Origin: Octopus sinensis
Lineage: Eukaryota
NCBI RefSeq assembly: GCF_006345805.1
Contig: NC_043015.1
Location: 46,748,001-46,812,000 of the forward strand
Reading direction: 5' to 3'
Length of the DNA stretch: 64,000 nucleotides
The notes under the pieces are model-generated. The model had not been told where the DNA came from, made no database searches, and was given only the letters and a program-made list of their open reading frames with translations. This document shows, piece by piece, positions 13,113 to 26,270 of this stretch. The position numbers and the translations under genes are program-made. Every line of letters begins with the position of its first letter. The stretch's first letter is position 1.

Positions 13113-13772
13113 TAAGGATCATCTTCATCACTCGTCAACATTTAATGTCTGTTTTCCATGTTGGCATGGGTTGGCTGGGGCTTGACAAGAACTAGCAAGG
13201 CCAGGAACCACACCAGGTTCCGTACTCTGTTTTGGTTTGGTTTCTATGGCTGGATGCTCTTCCTTAATGCCAACCTCTTTACAGAGTATACTGAAGTGCT
13301 TTTTGCATGGCACCAGCACCCACACCAATACTTTTTATGTGGAACCTTAGTTTTAGGGATCCAACATAAATCTGCAGCATATTTTTTTTCCGTTGCTTTT
13401 TCTGTTATTGGTATCATTCTCTAATTAACCCTTTAGCTTTTCGGCCAAAAGTATTCTACCTGTTTTATGTTCAAAATGGCCAGATCAGGTCTCTCACACC
13501 AACCCTACAATATCATTTGAAAACTTAACAGCTACCTCATCAAAATCTCATAGCTACAAGATAATGCCTGATTAGTTCAAAACAATGTGGATGAAAAAGC
13601 ATTAATTTTGGTAGAATAATGCAAACACTAAAGGGTTAAATATACCTATGGTTAAATGGCCGTTGATCTTTATAGACAGACATGCTGTACTTACTGATGT
13701 TTAGGGCAAAGAAAGTGTAGTAGCCAATAAGGTGTTTGGGATTATATGTAGAAGCATCATGAGTGTCTTTAA

Positions 13773-13992
13773 CCCTTTCGTTACAAATCCGGCTGAAACC
13801 AGCTTTGGCTCTGAGTACAGATGTCTTGCTTGCATAAGTTTTGAATTAAAATCTTCCACCAAACCTTAGTCACAATTTATGTTCCTAACAGTAGCTGAAT
13901 GATAACTAAGTTATTTTACTAAATTCTTTGTTATATCTAAAGTAATTGAAAGAAACACAGAGCATCTCAAAATAAATACAGTAACGAAAGGG
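13773..13992. mobile_element. piggyBac-like MITE (TTAA target)
   Basis: TTAA|CCCTTTCGTTAC...GTAACGAAAGGG|TTAA. Related copies at 16075-16295, 13429-13635 and 63928 to the window end. Confidence 0.75.
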
Positions 13993-14193
13993 TTAACATC
14001 TTTCTACTTCTCTGTCCTCATCCCCCTTGAATCATCCTTGTGTATTTTGAAGGTACGTCCTGACAACTCATCACCATCATCTTTCTCTCTTTTTTTCCAA
14101 CTCTGGTTAACCATGCATCTCCTATGCTTCAAGACACCTGTTCTTATCCCTCTATCATACTCTTGCTTCTCAACACCTGTCATAAGCTGATCA

Positions 14194-14398
14194 GTCAAGG
14201 CTGATCTGGAACCCAACCTAGGCCCCCATATCTACGGCGTTCGCCGCTGGAATAAGGAGTGGTTGGAGACCACGCGGTCATTAGCCTCAAATCGCCTGGC
14301 CTGGTCAGCGTTTGTGATGCAGCATTGAGGATGAATGAAGCTATTTCAATCCATCCTGGGTGAATGCTGTAAGAAGAAGAAGAAGAAGAAGAAGAAGA
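14194..14398 (+). mobile_element. RTE-clade LINE 3' end
   Basis: VKADLEPNLGPHIYGVRRWNKEWLETTRSLASNRLAWSAFV / DAALRMNEAISIHPG* with one frameshift, followed by a (GAA)n tail. Confidence 0.7.
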
Positions 14399-15463
14399 TA
14401 AGCTACCTCCTCAATTCTATTCCACCCCTTCTATCAAAGACTCTTTACAAGCTATTTGGCAATCTCATTAGTACTGGTCACACACACACACGCGCAAAAA
14501 AAGGCATTCAGTACCCACAGTATAATGGTTGGCATTAAGAAGGTTATCTGGCTGTAGGAACCATGCCAAAAGAAACACAAAGACACACACACACATATAT
14601 ATGATAGGCTCTTTCAGTTTCCATCTAATAAATCCACTCAGAAAGCTTTGGTCAACCTGGGGTTGTAGTAGAAGACACTTGCCCAAAGTTGCCATACAGT
14701 GGGACTGAACCCAGGACCATGTGGTTGGAAAGCAAACTTCTTTTCACACAGTCATGCCTATCTTTTACTTGTTTCAGTCATTAGACTATGGCCATGCTGG
14801 GGCACTGCCTTGAAGAATTTTTAGTTGAATGAATCAACCCCTGTACTTAATTTTTTTAAAACCTGGTACTTATTTTATTGGTCTCTTTTGCCAAACTGCT
14901 AAGTTATGGGGGCATAAATACACCAGCACCACTTGTCAAGCGGTGGTAGAGGACAAACACACACACACACACACATACACACACATGTATATATATAAAC
15001 ACACATGCACACAATGAGCATCTGTCTACCAAATCCACTCACAAGGCATTGGTCAACCCAAGGCTATAATAGAAAACACTTGCTCAAGATGCTATGCAGT
15101 GGGACTGAACCCAGAACCATTTGGTACTTATTTTATTGGTCTCTTTTGCCAAACTTTTTCTGTCAAGTTGGATCCTGTCAGAACCACTCAACTCATACCA
15201 ACATGGAATATAAGTGTTAAATCATGATGGTGATGACAATAACACACACGCACACACAGAGTATATGTATGTGTGAGTGCATTTCTTGTTGACATATATT
15301 GTCGAAAGATGAAAATATTAGTGAGAAAAAAATGAAAAATTAATACTCTCCAGAGGAAGCTGCTTGAAATATTTGTTCTGCACTGAGTTACAGATGCTTC
15401 CTTGCCACATTCTCTGTCAGAAATCCAGTGAAGCAGTGATTAACAATCCTGTTGTCCCCTACT

Positions 15464-15869
15464 TACTCTTTACTCTTTTACTTGTTTCAGTCATTTGACT
15501 GCGGCCATGCTGGAGCACTGCCTTTAATCGAGCAACTCGACCCCGGGACTTATTCTTTTGTAAGCCAAGCACTTATTCTATCGGTCTCTTTTGCCGAACC
15601 GCTAAGTAACGGGGACATAAACACACCAGCATTGGTTGTCAAGCAATGCTAGGGGGACAAACACAGACACACAAATACACATGCACACATATATATACAT
15701 ATATACGACAGGCTTCTTTCAGTTTCCGTCTACCAAATCCACTCACAAGGCTTTGGTCGGCCCGAGGCTATAGTAGAAGACACTTGCCCAAAGTGCCACG
15801 CAGTTAAACTGAACCCGGAACCATGTGTTTGGTAAACAAGCTACTTACCGCACAGCCACTCCTGCGCCT
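15464..15869 (-). mobile_element. SINE family A, full length
   Basis: Colinear reverse-complement copy. Confidence 0.9.
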
Positions 15870-16074
15870 ACTTGCTTTTTTTTTTTTTTTCTGAGTGTTG
15901 ACTCTTCCTATAACACGTCTGGAGATGAACCCCTCAGAGATAAAATGTAGTAGCATAAGGATGCTGTTGTTGTTGTTTAACCCTAGGTCAACAATGATAA
16001 TAGGGCAGATGAGACTTACTTAAACTATTGCCCCATATAGCATCATCATCATCTGGCTTCTTGCTTGCCTTTAA

Positions 16075-16295
16075 CCCATTCGTTACCAACCCGGCTGAAA
16101 CCGGCTCTGGCTCTGTAGTACAAATGTCTCATTTTCATAAGTTTTGAATTAAAATCTTCCAGCAAACCTTAGTCACAATTTATATTCCTAACACGAGCTT
16201 AATGGCAAGCAAGTTATTTTACTAAATTCTTTGTTGTATTTAAAACAAATGAAAGAAACACAGAGCATCCCAACAGAAATATGGTAATCAAAGGG
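16075..16295. mobile_element. piggyBac-like MITE, second copy
   Basis: TTAA|CCC...GGG|TTAA; internal sequence colinear with 13773-13992. Confidence 0.75.
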
Positions 16296-17714
16296 TTAAT
16301 GAACTCAAGTTGATTGACTTTTTAGTGGGATTTGGTAAGATTGTGCAGAAGCACCTTTTGTGTACGGATATATGTATACACGCACGTGTGTCTGTGTGTG
16401 TGTGTAGTATAGGTTGTATGAAGCATTATGTGATATAGATAAATATTCTTAATATTGTTTTTTTTAAAGCCGAAACAATGTGAGTTATAAGAAATAATGC
16501 AAGTTGATAGTTTGTACTATTATAGGTCAAGCTCACAATACAATATCGCTGAAGATACAGTCCTAACCCTGAAATACGGAAATACCAAGCAACTTCTATT
16601 ATTTCTTAAAACTCCCATTTTAAAAAGTCTTAGGTGTGGCTGGGTGGTAAGAAACTTACTTCGCAACCAAATGGTTCTGGGTTCAGTCCCACTGCATAGC
16701 ATCTTGAGCAAGTGTTTTCTATTATAGCCTTGGGCTGACCAATGCCTTGTGAGTGGATTTGGTAGACAGATGCTCATTGTGTGTATGTGTATTTATATAT
16801 ATACATGTGTGTGTGTGTGTTTGTCCTCTACCACCGCTTGACAAGTGGTGGTGCTGGTGTATTTATGCCCCCATAACTTCGCAGTTTGGCAAAAGAGACC
16901 AATAAAATAAGTACCAGGCTTTAAAAAAATTAAGTACAGGGGTTGATTCATTCAACTAAAAATTCTTCAAGGCAGTGCCCCAGCATGGCCACAGTCTAAT
17001 GACTGAAAGAAGTAAAAGATAGGCATGACTGTGTGAAAAGAAGTTTGCTTTCCAACCACATGGTCCTGGGTTCAGTCCCACTGTATGGCAACTTTGGGCA
17101 AGTGTCTTCTACTACAACCCCAGGTTGACCAAAGCTTTCTGAGTGGATTTATTAGATGGAAACTGAAAGAAGCCTATCATATATATGTGTGTGTGTGTGT
17201 CTTTGTGTTTCTTCCACCACAACTTGACAATCTGTGTTAGTTTGTTCATGTCCCTGTAACTTAGCAGTTTAGCAAAAAGAGACTGATAGAATAAGTACTG
17301 GACTTGGCAAAAATAGGAAGTCCTGGGGTTGATTTGTTTGACTAAACCCTTTAAATTGGTGCCCCAGCATGGCTGCAGTTTAATGACTGAAACAAGTTAA
17401 AGATAATATATATATATATACAGGCACAGGAGTGGCTGTGTGGTAAGTAGCTTGCTTACCAACCACATGGTTCTGGGTTCAGTCCCACTGTGTGGCACCT
17501 TGGGCAAGTGTCTTCTACTATAGCCTTGGGCCAACCAAAGCCTTGTGAGTGGATTTGGTAGATGGAAACTGAAAGAAGCCTGTCATATGTATATATATAT
17601 GTGTGTGTGTGTGTTTGTCCCTACAACATCACTTGAAAACGATGCTGGTGTGTGTACATTCCTGTAACTTAGTGGTTCAGCAAAAGAGACTGATAGAATA
17701 AGTACTAGGTTTAC

Positions 17715-17775
<61 letters not shown>

Positions 17776-18523
17776 TACACACACACTACTATAGTAGGCT
17801 ATAGTAGAAGACACTTGCCCTGAGGTCGATTTGTTCAACTAAAAGTGGTGCACCAGAATGGCCACAGTCTAATGACTGAAACAAGTAAAAGAATAAAAGT
17901 ACGTATGTTGCAAGCATTTGGACCAGGATTTCAGTCTAAGCATAGCTTCCTCTCACCAGCCGTGAAGGCTCTGAAAATGATCATGGGTGTTGCCTGTTGT
18001 TCTTCAATTAAGTCATGAAAAAAAAAACAACTTAAAAATAATTTTTGATGGAAGATATTCCAATTATATCCAGCCAATCTTTCATCTACTCCCAGGACTA
18101 CATTATTCAATGGGTTTTTCCCATTATAAGATAACGTGCTTTGTGAGATATTTGACTGTTATTTCAAGCAGTTTGAGCAACTCTGTTTTGGAACCATCAT
18201 TGATATGTGTTGTCTTATGCTGTAGTGTGATACACCATGTTGAAACTCAGTGCAGTAATTAAATCCAGTAATTAATTCTAGTAATTAAATGAGGAAGATG
18301 AAAATAGATAATGATAATTGAGGGGTTATTAAATTGTGTGATTAGGAGGACAATAGCCGACAGAATTATTAGAATACCGAACAAAGTGCCTTGTAGTATT
18401 AAATTTTTTGTCCCCTTTTCATTTTGAATTTGAATCCCACCAAATTCAATTTTGCCTTTCATCCTTCTGGATGGAGTACTCTACCCCCAAAATATGTGGC
18501 CTTGTGGCAAAATCTGAAACGAT

Positions 18524-19580
18524 TGTGCCGGTGACACATAAAAAGCTCCATCCAAACATGGCCAATGCCAGCGCCGCCTCGACTGGCTTCTGTGCCGCTG
18601 GCACAAAAAGCACCATCCGAACGTGGCCGATGCCAGCGCCGCCACGACTGGGTCTGTGCTGCTGGCACATCAAAAGCTCAATCTGAACGTGGCCGATGCC
18701 AGCGCCGCCTCGACTGGCTTCTGTGCCGTGACACATAAAAAGCACCATCCGAACGTGGCCAATACCAGCGCCGCCTCGACTGGCTTCTGTGCCGGTGGTA
18801 CATAAAAAGCACCATCCGAACGTGGCCGATACCAGCGCCGCCTTGACTGGCTTCCGTGCCGTGACACATAAAAAGCACCATCCGAACGTGGCCGATATCA
18901 GCGCCGCCTCGACTGGCTTCTGTGCCGTGACACATAAAAAGCACCATCCGAACGTGGCCGATACCAGCGCCGCCTCGACTGGCTTCTGTGCCGTGACACA
19001 TAAAAAGCACCATCCGAACGTGGTCGATGCCAGCGCCGCCTCGACTGGCTTCTGTGCCGTGACACATAAAAAGCACCATCCGAACGTGGCCGATACCAGC
19101 GCCGCCTCGACTGGCTTCTGTGCCGCTGGCACATAAAAAGCACCATCCGAACGTGGCCGATACCAGCGCCGCCTCGACTGGCTTCTGTGCCGTGACACAT
19201 AAAAAGCACCATCCGAACGTGGCCGATACCAGCGCCGCCTCGAGTGGCTTCTGTGCCGGTGGCACATAAAAAGCACCATCCGAACGTGGCCGATACCAGC
19301 GCCGCCTTGACTGGCTTCCGTGCCGGTGGCACGTTAAAAGCACCAACCGATCGTGGCCGATGCCAGACTCACCTGGCACCTGTGCCGGTGGCATGTAAAA
19401 AGCACCCACTGCACTCGCGGAGTGGTTGGCGTTAGGAAGGGCATCCAGCTGTAGAAACACTGCCAGATTGGACTGGAGCCTGGTGCAGCCCCTGGCTTCC
19501 CAGACCCCGGTCGAACCGTCCAACCCGTGCTAGCGCGGAAAACGGACGTTAAACGATGATGATGATGATGATGATGATGA
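18524..19580 (+). repeat. Family-D retroposon with internal 66-68-nt tandem array (about 13 units)
   Basis: Unit gtgacacataaaaagcaccatccgaacgtggccgataccagcgccgcctcgactggcttctgtgcc, followed by the tail ggcgttaggaagggcatccagc...ggacgttaaac(GAT)n. Other family-D copies at 1640-1910, 4888-5310, 13115-13340, 24945-25278, 25790-26050, 32545-32887 and 37617-37845. Confidence 0.9.
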
Positions 19581-20082
19581 AGGAGGCGAGCTGGCAGAAT
19601 CGTTAGCATGCTGGAAGAAATGCTTTGTGGTATTTTGTCAGTCCTTATGTTCTGAGTTCAAATTCTGCTGAGGTCGACTTTGCCTTTCATCCTTTCAGGG
19701 TCACATAAATTAAGTACCAGTAAAATACTGGAGTCAATGTTATCGACTATCCCCCTTTCACCCCAAAATTTTCAAGGCCCTGTGCCTAGTGTAGAAATGA
19801 TTATTATTATTAAGGTGGCGAGCTGGCAGAATCGTTAGCATGCTGAACAAAGTAAATGTGTAGTGGTATTTTGCCTGTCACTTTGTTCTGAGTTCAAATT
19901 CTACTGATGTTGACTTTGCCTTTCATCTTTTCGGGGGTCGATAAAATAAGTACCAGTTGAACACTAGGATCAATGTAATCAGCTCATCCCCTCCTGCCAA
20001 ATTCCAAGCTTTGTGCCTATAGTAGAAAGGATTATCATCATCATCATTATCATTATCATCATCATTATTTTATTTATTTTAT

Positions 20083-20459
20083 TTTACTTGTTTCAGTCAT
20101 TTGACTGGGGCCATGCTGGAGCACCGCCTTTAATCGAGCAACTCGACCCCGGGACTTGTTCATTGTAAGCCCAGTACTTATTCTATAGGTCTCTTTTGCC
20201 GAACCGCTAAGTGACACACCAGCATCGGTTGTCAAGCAGTGCTAGGGGGACAAACACAAACACACACACACACATATATATATATATACATATATACGAC
20301 GGGCTTCTTTCAGTTTCCATCTACCAAATCCACTCACAAGGCTTTGGTCAGCCCAAGGCTATAGTAGAAGATACTTGCCCAAGATGTCACGCAGTGGGAC
20401 TGAACCCGGAACCATGTGGTTGGTAAGCAAGCTACTTACCACACAGCCACTCCTGCGCC

Positions 20460-20460
<1 letters not shown>
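20083..20460 (-). mobile_element. SINE family A, full length
   Basis: Colinear reverse-complement copy lying between (ATT)n tracts. Confidence 0.9.
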
Positions 20461-20496
<36 letters not shown>

Positions 20497-20759
20497 GGCA
20501 GTGGACTGGCAGGATCATTAGTATGTCATCAAAATGCTCAGTGGCATTTCATCTATCTTTGTGTTCTGAGTTCAAATTCCACCAATGTTTTCTTTGCCTT
20601 TTCATCCTTTCGGAATCAGTGAAATAAGTACCAGTCATGCACTGGTGTCAGTGTAATTGACTTACACCCTCTCCCTGAAATTGCTAGCCTTTTGCCAAAA
20701 TTTGAAACCATCATTATTACCTCTGCCTTAGCGAAGGCAGCAGTATATGACTGGTACTG

Positions 20760-21130
20760 TATTAGTGTGTGTGGAGTGAGAAGGTGTTGTGGGTGTGTAT
20801 GTAATGGTGTGTGAAGTGAGTGATGAGTTGAACAGTGTGTACAGGTGTGTGTATAGTGGTGTATGCGTGGTGAGGGTACCAAGATGGGCCATATGTAGGT
20901 GTGTAGGGGTGGGGAGAGGCAGGCGACTGGTAGGTGTGTGGAAATCCATGTGGAGTTAGTGTCAGATGAAGAGAGGAGGTAAGTTGAGCCCATATGGTGC
21001 AAAGGAACAAAGAGAAGATTAACTCCTGTTCACGACAAAGGGTGTGGGACCAGTGAATTGTGAGAATATTTAGGCCTCAACGTAGCCAATGAAGAGGTTC
21101 ACATAGTTAGGGCCCCTTCTCGTTCCCATG
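20760..21130 (-). mobile_element. Penelope-like element relic with internal deletion
   Basis: MGTRRGPNYVNLFIGYVEA*IFSQFTGPTP (Penelope RT motif, compare MGTRMGPxYAxLF) is joined directly to LCREQELIFSL/SFAPYGLNLPPLFI* (end of a GIY-YIG-type ORF), followed by a C/A-rich 3' region. Confidence 0.75.
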
Positions 21131-21154
21131 TATGTGTATATACATAAATACATA

Positions 21155-21197
<43 letters not shown>

Positions 21198-21421
21198 TTA
21201 GTGTAGGAAGAAATGGAGCTGAACGAAGATTTAACAAAATCTTCGTTCAGCTCCATTTCTTCCTGCACGAAATATATAAAACTTCAAATTTCCGCACTAA
21301 GGCACGGATTTTAGGCCCCATGGTCGTAACCTCAACCGTGCTTTTTCTGTTGTGATTTTTGCTACCCAGGTATCGGTTATCATTTGAATTATCCGTAATA
21401 AGATAATTCATTTGTCTACTT

Positions 21422-21463
<42 letters not shown>

Positions 21464-21968
21464 TATATATATAAAATAATAATAATAATAATAACAATAA
21501 AAAATTACCACAGCTGATAAGAATCCATTGTAGCTCTTTGCTCTGATATTCAAAACACCATATACTATGACAACTTATTGTTTGTTCTAAATTATAATAC
21601 ACACACACACACACACGCATATATATAAAATAGTATACATTTAAACACAAGAGAAACTGCCTTCAACAGGCAGTTTTACACGCTAGAAGAAGTAATCAAA
21701 ATGATCAAAACCACATTAAAGTTTCTTTTGTGTTTAAATGTACACTATTTTATATTGAGAATATGTTGTCTATTGACTTTTTATACATGCTAGGCCACTG
21801 GTAGTGAAATTTAAAACAAAAACTCGCTACCCTATATTTTACGTATATATATATATAACAAAAGTTATTTTATTCCACATGAGTAGAAATATAGGAAAAA
21901 TAGAAGTTGAAAATGCACTGAGAATAGTTAATATATTTTTAAAATTATATTTAAAGCTTTAACTTGTT

Positions 21969-22281
21969 TCACATTTTACACAGATTTTCAAAAATTTCAA
22001 ATTGAAAGACATGGCTTATGCCATAGCTGTTTTGCTTGTAATAAGTGTCTGAAGCTTGGCCTATTTTTATAGAGTGTTCATGACTCAAATTAGTATATGT
22101 TTTAAATATGGTGTGATTGGTAGAGGATAGTCGTGTCACTGATCTGAGAAATTTTTGTACTTTCCTTGCTGTCTGTGTATTAGTATAAAAGTGATGATGT
22201 TTAGCACTATAACTGAAGGCTGACATGGTTGACTGAACAAGTGGAGTGGTAATACTAAACAATCCATGCTCTGAATGTTTT
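21969..22281 (-). CDS. Candidate terminal exon of a minus-strand gene
   Basis: Part of a 113-codon open frame in non-repetitive AT-rich DNA. Acceptor-like ttcattctctataaatgctgacAG just upstream, stop TGA at 21969-21971, and AATAAA about 100 nt downstream (21868-21873). Phase 2, compatible with the donor at 26270. Confidence 0.45.
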
Positions 22282-22363
22282 CTGTCAGCATTTATAGAGA
22301 ATGAACACATAATTAGATTTAGAAGGTTCTAAGCTTAATCACATTCTCTACAAATACTGGACT

Positions 22364-22758
22364 TACTCTTTTACTCTTTTACTTGTTTCAGTCATTTGAC
22401 TGTGGCCATGCTGGAGCACCGCCTTTAATCGAGCAACTCGACCCCGGGACTTATTCTTTTGTAAGCCCAGTGCTTATTCTATCGGTCTCTTTTGCCGAAC
22501 CGCTAAGTAACAGGGACGTAAACACACCAGCATCGGTTGTCAAGCAATGCTAGGGGGACAAACACACAAACACACATACGCATATATATATACATATATA
22601 TGACGGGCTTCTTTCAGTTTCTGTCTACCAAATCCACTCACAAGGTTTTGGTCATCCCGAGGCTATAGTAGAAGACACTTGCCCAAGGTGCCATGCAGTG
22701 GGACTGAACCCGGAACCATGTGGCTGGTAAACAAGCTACTTACCACACAGCCACTCCT
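22364..22758 (-). mobile_element. SINE family A, full length
   Basis: Colinear reverse-complement copy. Confidence 0.9.
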
Positions 22759-23108
22759 AGGTACATCTCATTGATGAGAGCCAGCTCAAAATATCCATGT
22801 CTGAGACCCCTAATAGGGGCAACACTGAACAAACCAGTGTTTTCCCACCTTTTTCCCACAAGAGAGATTTATTTATTTCTTTACTACCCACAAGGGGCTA
22901 AACACAGAAGGGACAAACAAGGACAGACAAAGGGATTAAGTCGATTATACCGACCCCAGTGCGTAACTGGTACTTAATTTATCGACCCCGAGAGGATGAA
23001 AGGCAATGTCGACCTATTCTCTACAGTAACTGCTGTGTATTTGTCTTTTAACAGTTGAAATATGTTCGTGACATATTTCAACTAACCTAAATTCTGCTTA
23101 TATATATA

Positions 23109-23932
23109 CAGCTTTGGCCAAAAGTATTAGGTCACCCCAAAGTTTTGAGGTTCTGCTATCTCAATGTTAATGAAACTCATGCACGTGGTGATTATGGTAT
23201 ATTTCACAATATACAATAGTTTTCATATCTGGTTGACCCTCCTTTAGCATCAATTACCTATTTCTTTACTACCCATAAGGGGCTAAACATAGAGGGGACA
23301 AACAAGGACAGACAAATGGATTAAGTCGATTATATCGACCCCAGAGCGTGACTGGTACTTAATTTATGGACCCCAGGAGGATGAAAGGCAAAGTCGACCT
23401 CGGCGGAATTTGAACTTACAACGTAACGGCAGACAAAATACCTATTTCTTTATTACCCACAAGGAGCTAAACACAGAGGGAACAAACAAGGACAGACAAA
23501 CGGGTTAAGTCGATTATATCGACCCCAGAGTGTTACTGGTACTTAATTTATTGATGAAAGGCAAAGTCGACCTCGGCGGAATTTGAACTTACAACGTAAC
23601 GGCAGACAAAATACCGCAAAGCATTTCGCCCGGCGTACCGCTTTCATACGGTTAGGCATTGGATCAACTAGTTTCTTGCAGATACTAAGCGTAATTTTTC
23701 TCCATTCTACTCTCAGCTTTTGGTACAAATTTTTAATTTTTGTTCCTGATAGCTTCACCAAGAGTTCTCTATAGGTGTTCGATTGGATTTAGATGGGACT
23801 TTGAGCTGGCCAGTCCATGGGAACAATACCCTGTGTCTCAAACCATTGATGAGTATTCTTTGCTGTATGACATGGAGCGTTGTCTTGTTGAAAGATAACA
23901 CTGTTTTTCGACACTACTTTTGGCCAAGGCTG
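23109..23932 (-). mobile_element. Tc1-like deletion derivative containing a tandem pair of SINE-B copies
   Basis: TA-flanked TIRs cagctttggccaaaagta / tacttttggccaaggctg. Minus-strand motifs IFQQDNAPCHTAK...WPAQSP and LVDPMPNRMKAV|IDAKGGSTRY, split by the SINE-B insertion at about 23257-23636. Confidence 0.85.
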
Positions 23933-23949
23933 TATAATATATATAGTGT

Positions 23950-24024
<75 letters not shown>

Positions 24025-24411
24025 TATATAATATGTGTGTATGTGTGTGTGTATATGTATTATATATATATATATATATATATATAAATATATATATAAT
24101 ATATTATATATATAATATATATAATATATATATATAATATATATACATTTGTTTATGAATTTGTGTTGCAAGATTTGCTGAAGAGGTCACAGATGTGTGA
24201 CGAAAGATTTCTGGACAATTGACATCAGTTAAAATAAGAGGAGTAATAAATGAGTGAAGAACAAATATATAGCACGTGTGTTTATCAAAAAAAAAAGAAG
24301 TGACCATCCCAAAATAGACCGCCATACTAACACAATTGTTTGTTTGTATTCCACCTGCCTTCGTCTTTTGTTTATTTTCATAAAGCTTCCCGTTATATAT
24401 ATATATATATA

Positions 24412-24690
24412 TATAAAATATTAATTCGAGACAAAACCACTATTTTGCAAATCAAACAAGGAAAGACTTAATCAATACATAAAAAATTTTAATATAAATT
24501 AAATAATTATTTATTTTATTTATTTAATTTATATTAAAATTTTTTATGTATTGATTAAGTCTTTCCTTGTTTGATTTGCAAAATAGTGGTTTTGTCTCGA
24601 ATTAATATTTTATAATATTTTACTATAAAATGGATTTATTCCTAAATCTGATTTTTCCCTGTAATTTTGGATTTATTCCCTAATATTTAT

Positions 24691-24705
<15 letters not shown>
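24412..24705 (+). mobile_element. Family E copy with perfect 95-bp inverted head
   Basis: Arms 24412-24506 and 24520-24614 are exact reverse complements; flanked by (TA)n. Confidence 0.65.
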
Positions 24706-24721
<16 letters not shown>

Positions 24722-25309
24722 AGTGGGATGACCACTATGTGGACATCCATTATGCTAGAAGTAGATCCGCTATGGCCTTACCACTAAGAAAAGGATGTTC
24801 TCAAGAAAATTTACCAAATGCCAGAATGTAAGCGAGCAAGACAAATGATAATAAAGGAAATCTACTGTAATCAGCTTGAGCAGCTTAAGTCAGCTCTAGA
24901 AGAAAAATGACCATCTTTGGTTTCAAGATGAAAAGTGTCTTCATCTCATCATCATCATCATCATCATCATCGTTTAACATCCGTTTTCCGTGCTAGCACG
25001 GGTTGGACGGTTCGACCGGGGTCTGGGAAGCCAGGGGCTGCACCAGGCTCCAGTCTGATCTGGCAGAGTTTCTACAGCTGTATGCCCTTCCTAACGGCAA
25101 CCACTCCGCGAGTGTAGTGGGTGCTTTTTACGTGCCACCTGCACAGGTGCCAGGGGGGTCCGGCATCGGTCACGATCGGTTGGAGCCCTTAACGTGCCAC
25201 CAGCACGGAAGCCAGCCAAGGCGGCGCTGGCAACGGCCATGTTCGGATGGTGCTTTTTATGTGCCACCGGCACACACCAAGATAATGCCCAGCTACATAC
25301 AGCAAGGAT

Positions 25310-25420
25310 GACATTTGAAAGGCTGGAGTAGCTTGAGTTGGAAATGATGCCCCACCTGCCATATTCATCGGACATTGCCCCGTCTGATTATCATTTATTC
25401 TGCAGTCTTCAAAATCATTC
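25310..25420 (+). mobile_element. Mariner transposase fragment
   Basis: Reads MMPHLPYSSDIAPSDYHLFCSLQNH, the YSPDLAPSDYHLF motif. Confidence 0.7.
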
Positions 25421-26270
25421 TGCTATAACAATGGATTGACAAATGCCTTGTGAGTGGATTTGGTAGATGGAAACTAAAAGACCTTTGTGTGTATGTATTC
25501 TTCCTTTCTATCCCTTGACCTTGTGGTTGTTGAGGCATTAGTTGAAGAGTGGCATCAGATTTTGCCATTCTTCTTAGTCTTCTGCTGCCATCTGTGAGCC
25601 AGCAAGATTAAGGCCTGTGGTGCTAGGAGTCATCAAGTGAGAGATTAAGAGTTGGATGAGGAACAGTGATGCCTGTCCACCTGACTGTCCCAGCCAAGGG
25701 ACAGCTGCCTGATATCAAAGATACTACCTCTATTCAGAGTCCCCTACACGCACAGACATGTTTTTGCAGAATATTGGAAACGAACGACATTCATCATCAT
25801 CATCATCATCATCATCGTTTAATGTCCGTTTTCCATGCAAGCATGGGTTGGACGGTTCGACCGGGGTCTGGGAAGCCAGGAGGCTGCACCAGGCTCCAGT
25901 CTGATCTGGCAGTGTTTCTACAGCTGGATGCCCTTCCTAACGTCAACCACTCCGCGAGTGTAGTGGGTGCTTTTTATGTGCCACCGACACAGGTGCCAGG
26001 GGAGTCTGGCAGCGGCCATGATCGGTTGGTGCTTTTAACGTGCCACCAACAATATGTACGTTTGTATCTTTTGTCTTGACATTACACAATTGTCATAAAT
26101 GAATGTCGTTCTTTTTCGATATTCGTTAAAAGCATGTCTGGCCGTGGGAAAATATCAACTTGCTTGGAAACTGGTACGGGTTGGCCATGGAAAATTGCCT
26201 CTATAAATTCAATAAAATAGACATTAAAATGATGATGATGATGATACCTCTCCACATTCTTGACACTCAC

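Noticed and set aside
16500-16590. Minus-strand acceptor tttccgtatttcAG with a short open frame
   Set aside because: It is isolated and lies beyond the candidate stop and poly(A) signal at 21.9 kb; a chance match cannot be excluded.
18446-19609. Long ORFs of 115-281 aa in several frames, and similar ORFs at 50612-51237 and 53114-53702
   Set aside because: They are products of tandem repeats lacking stops, open on both strands, with no splice or domain evidence.
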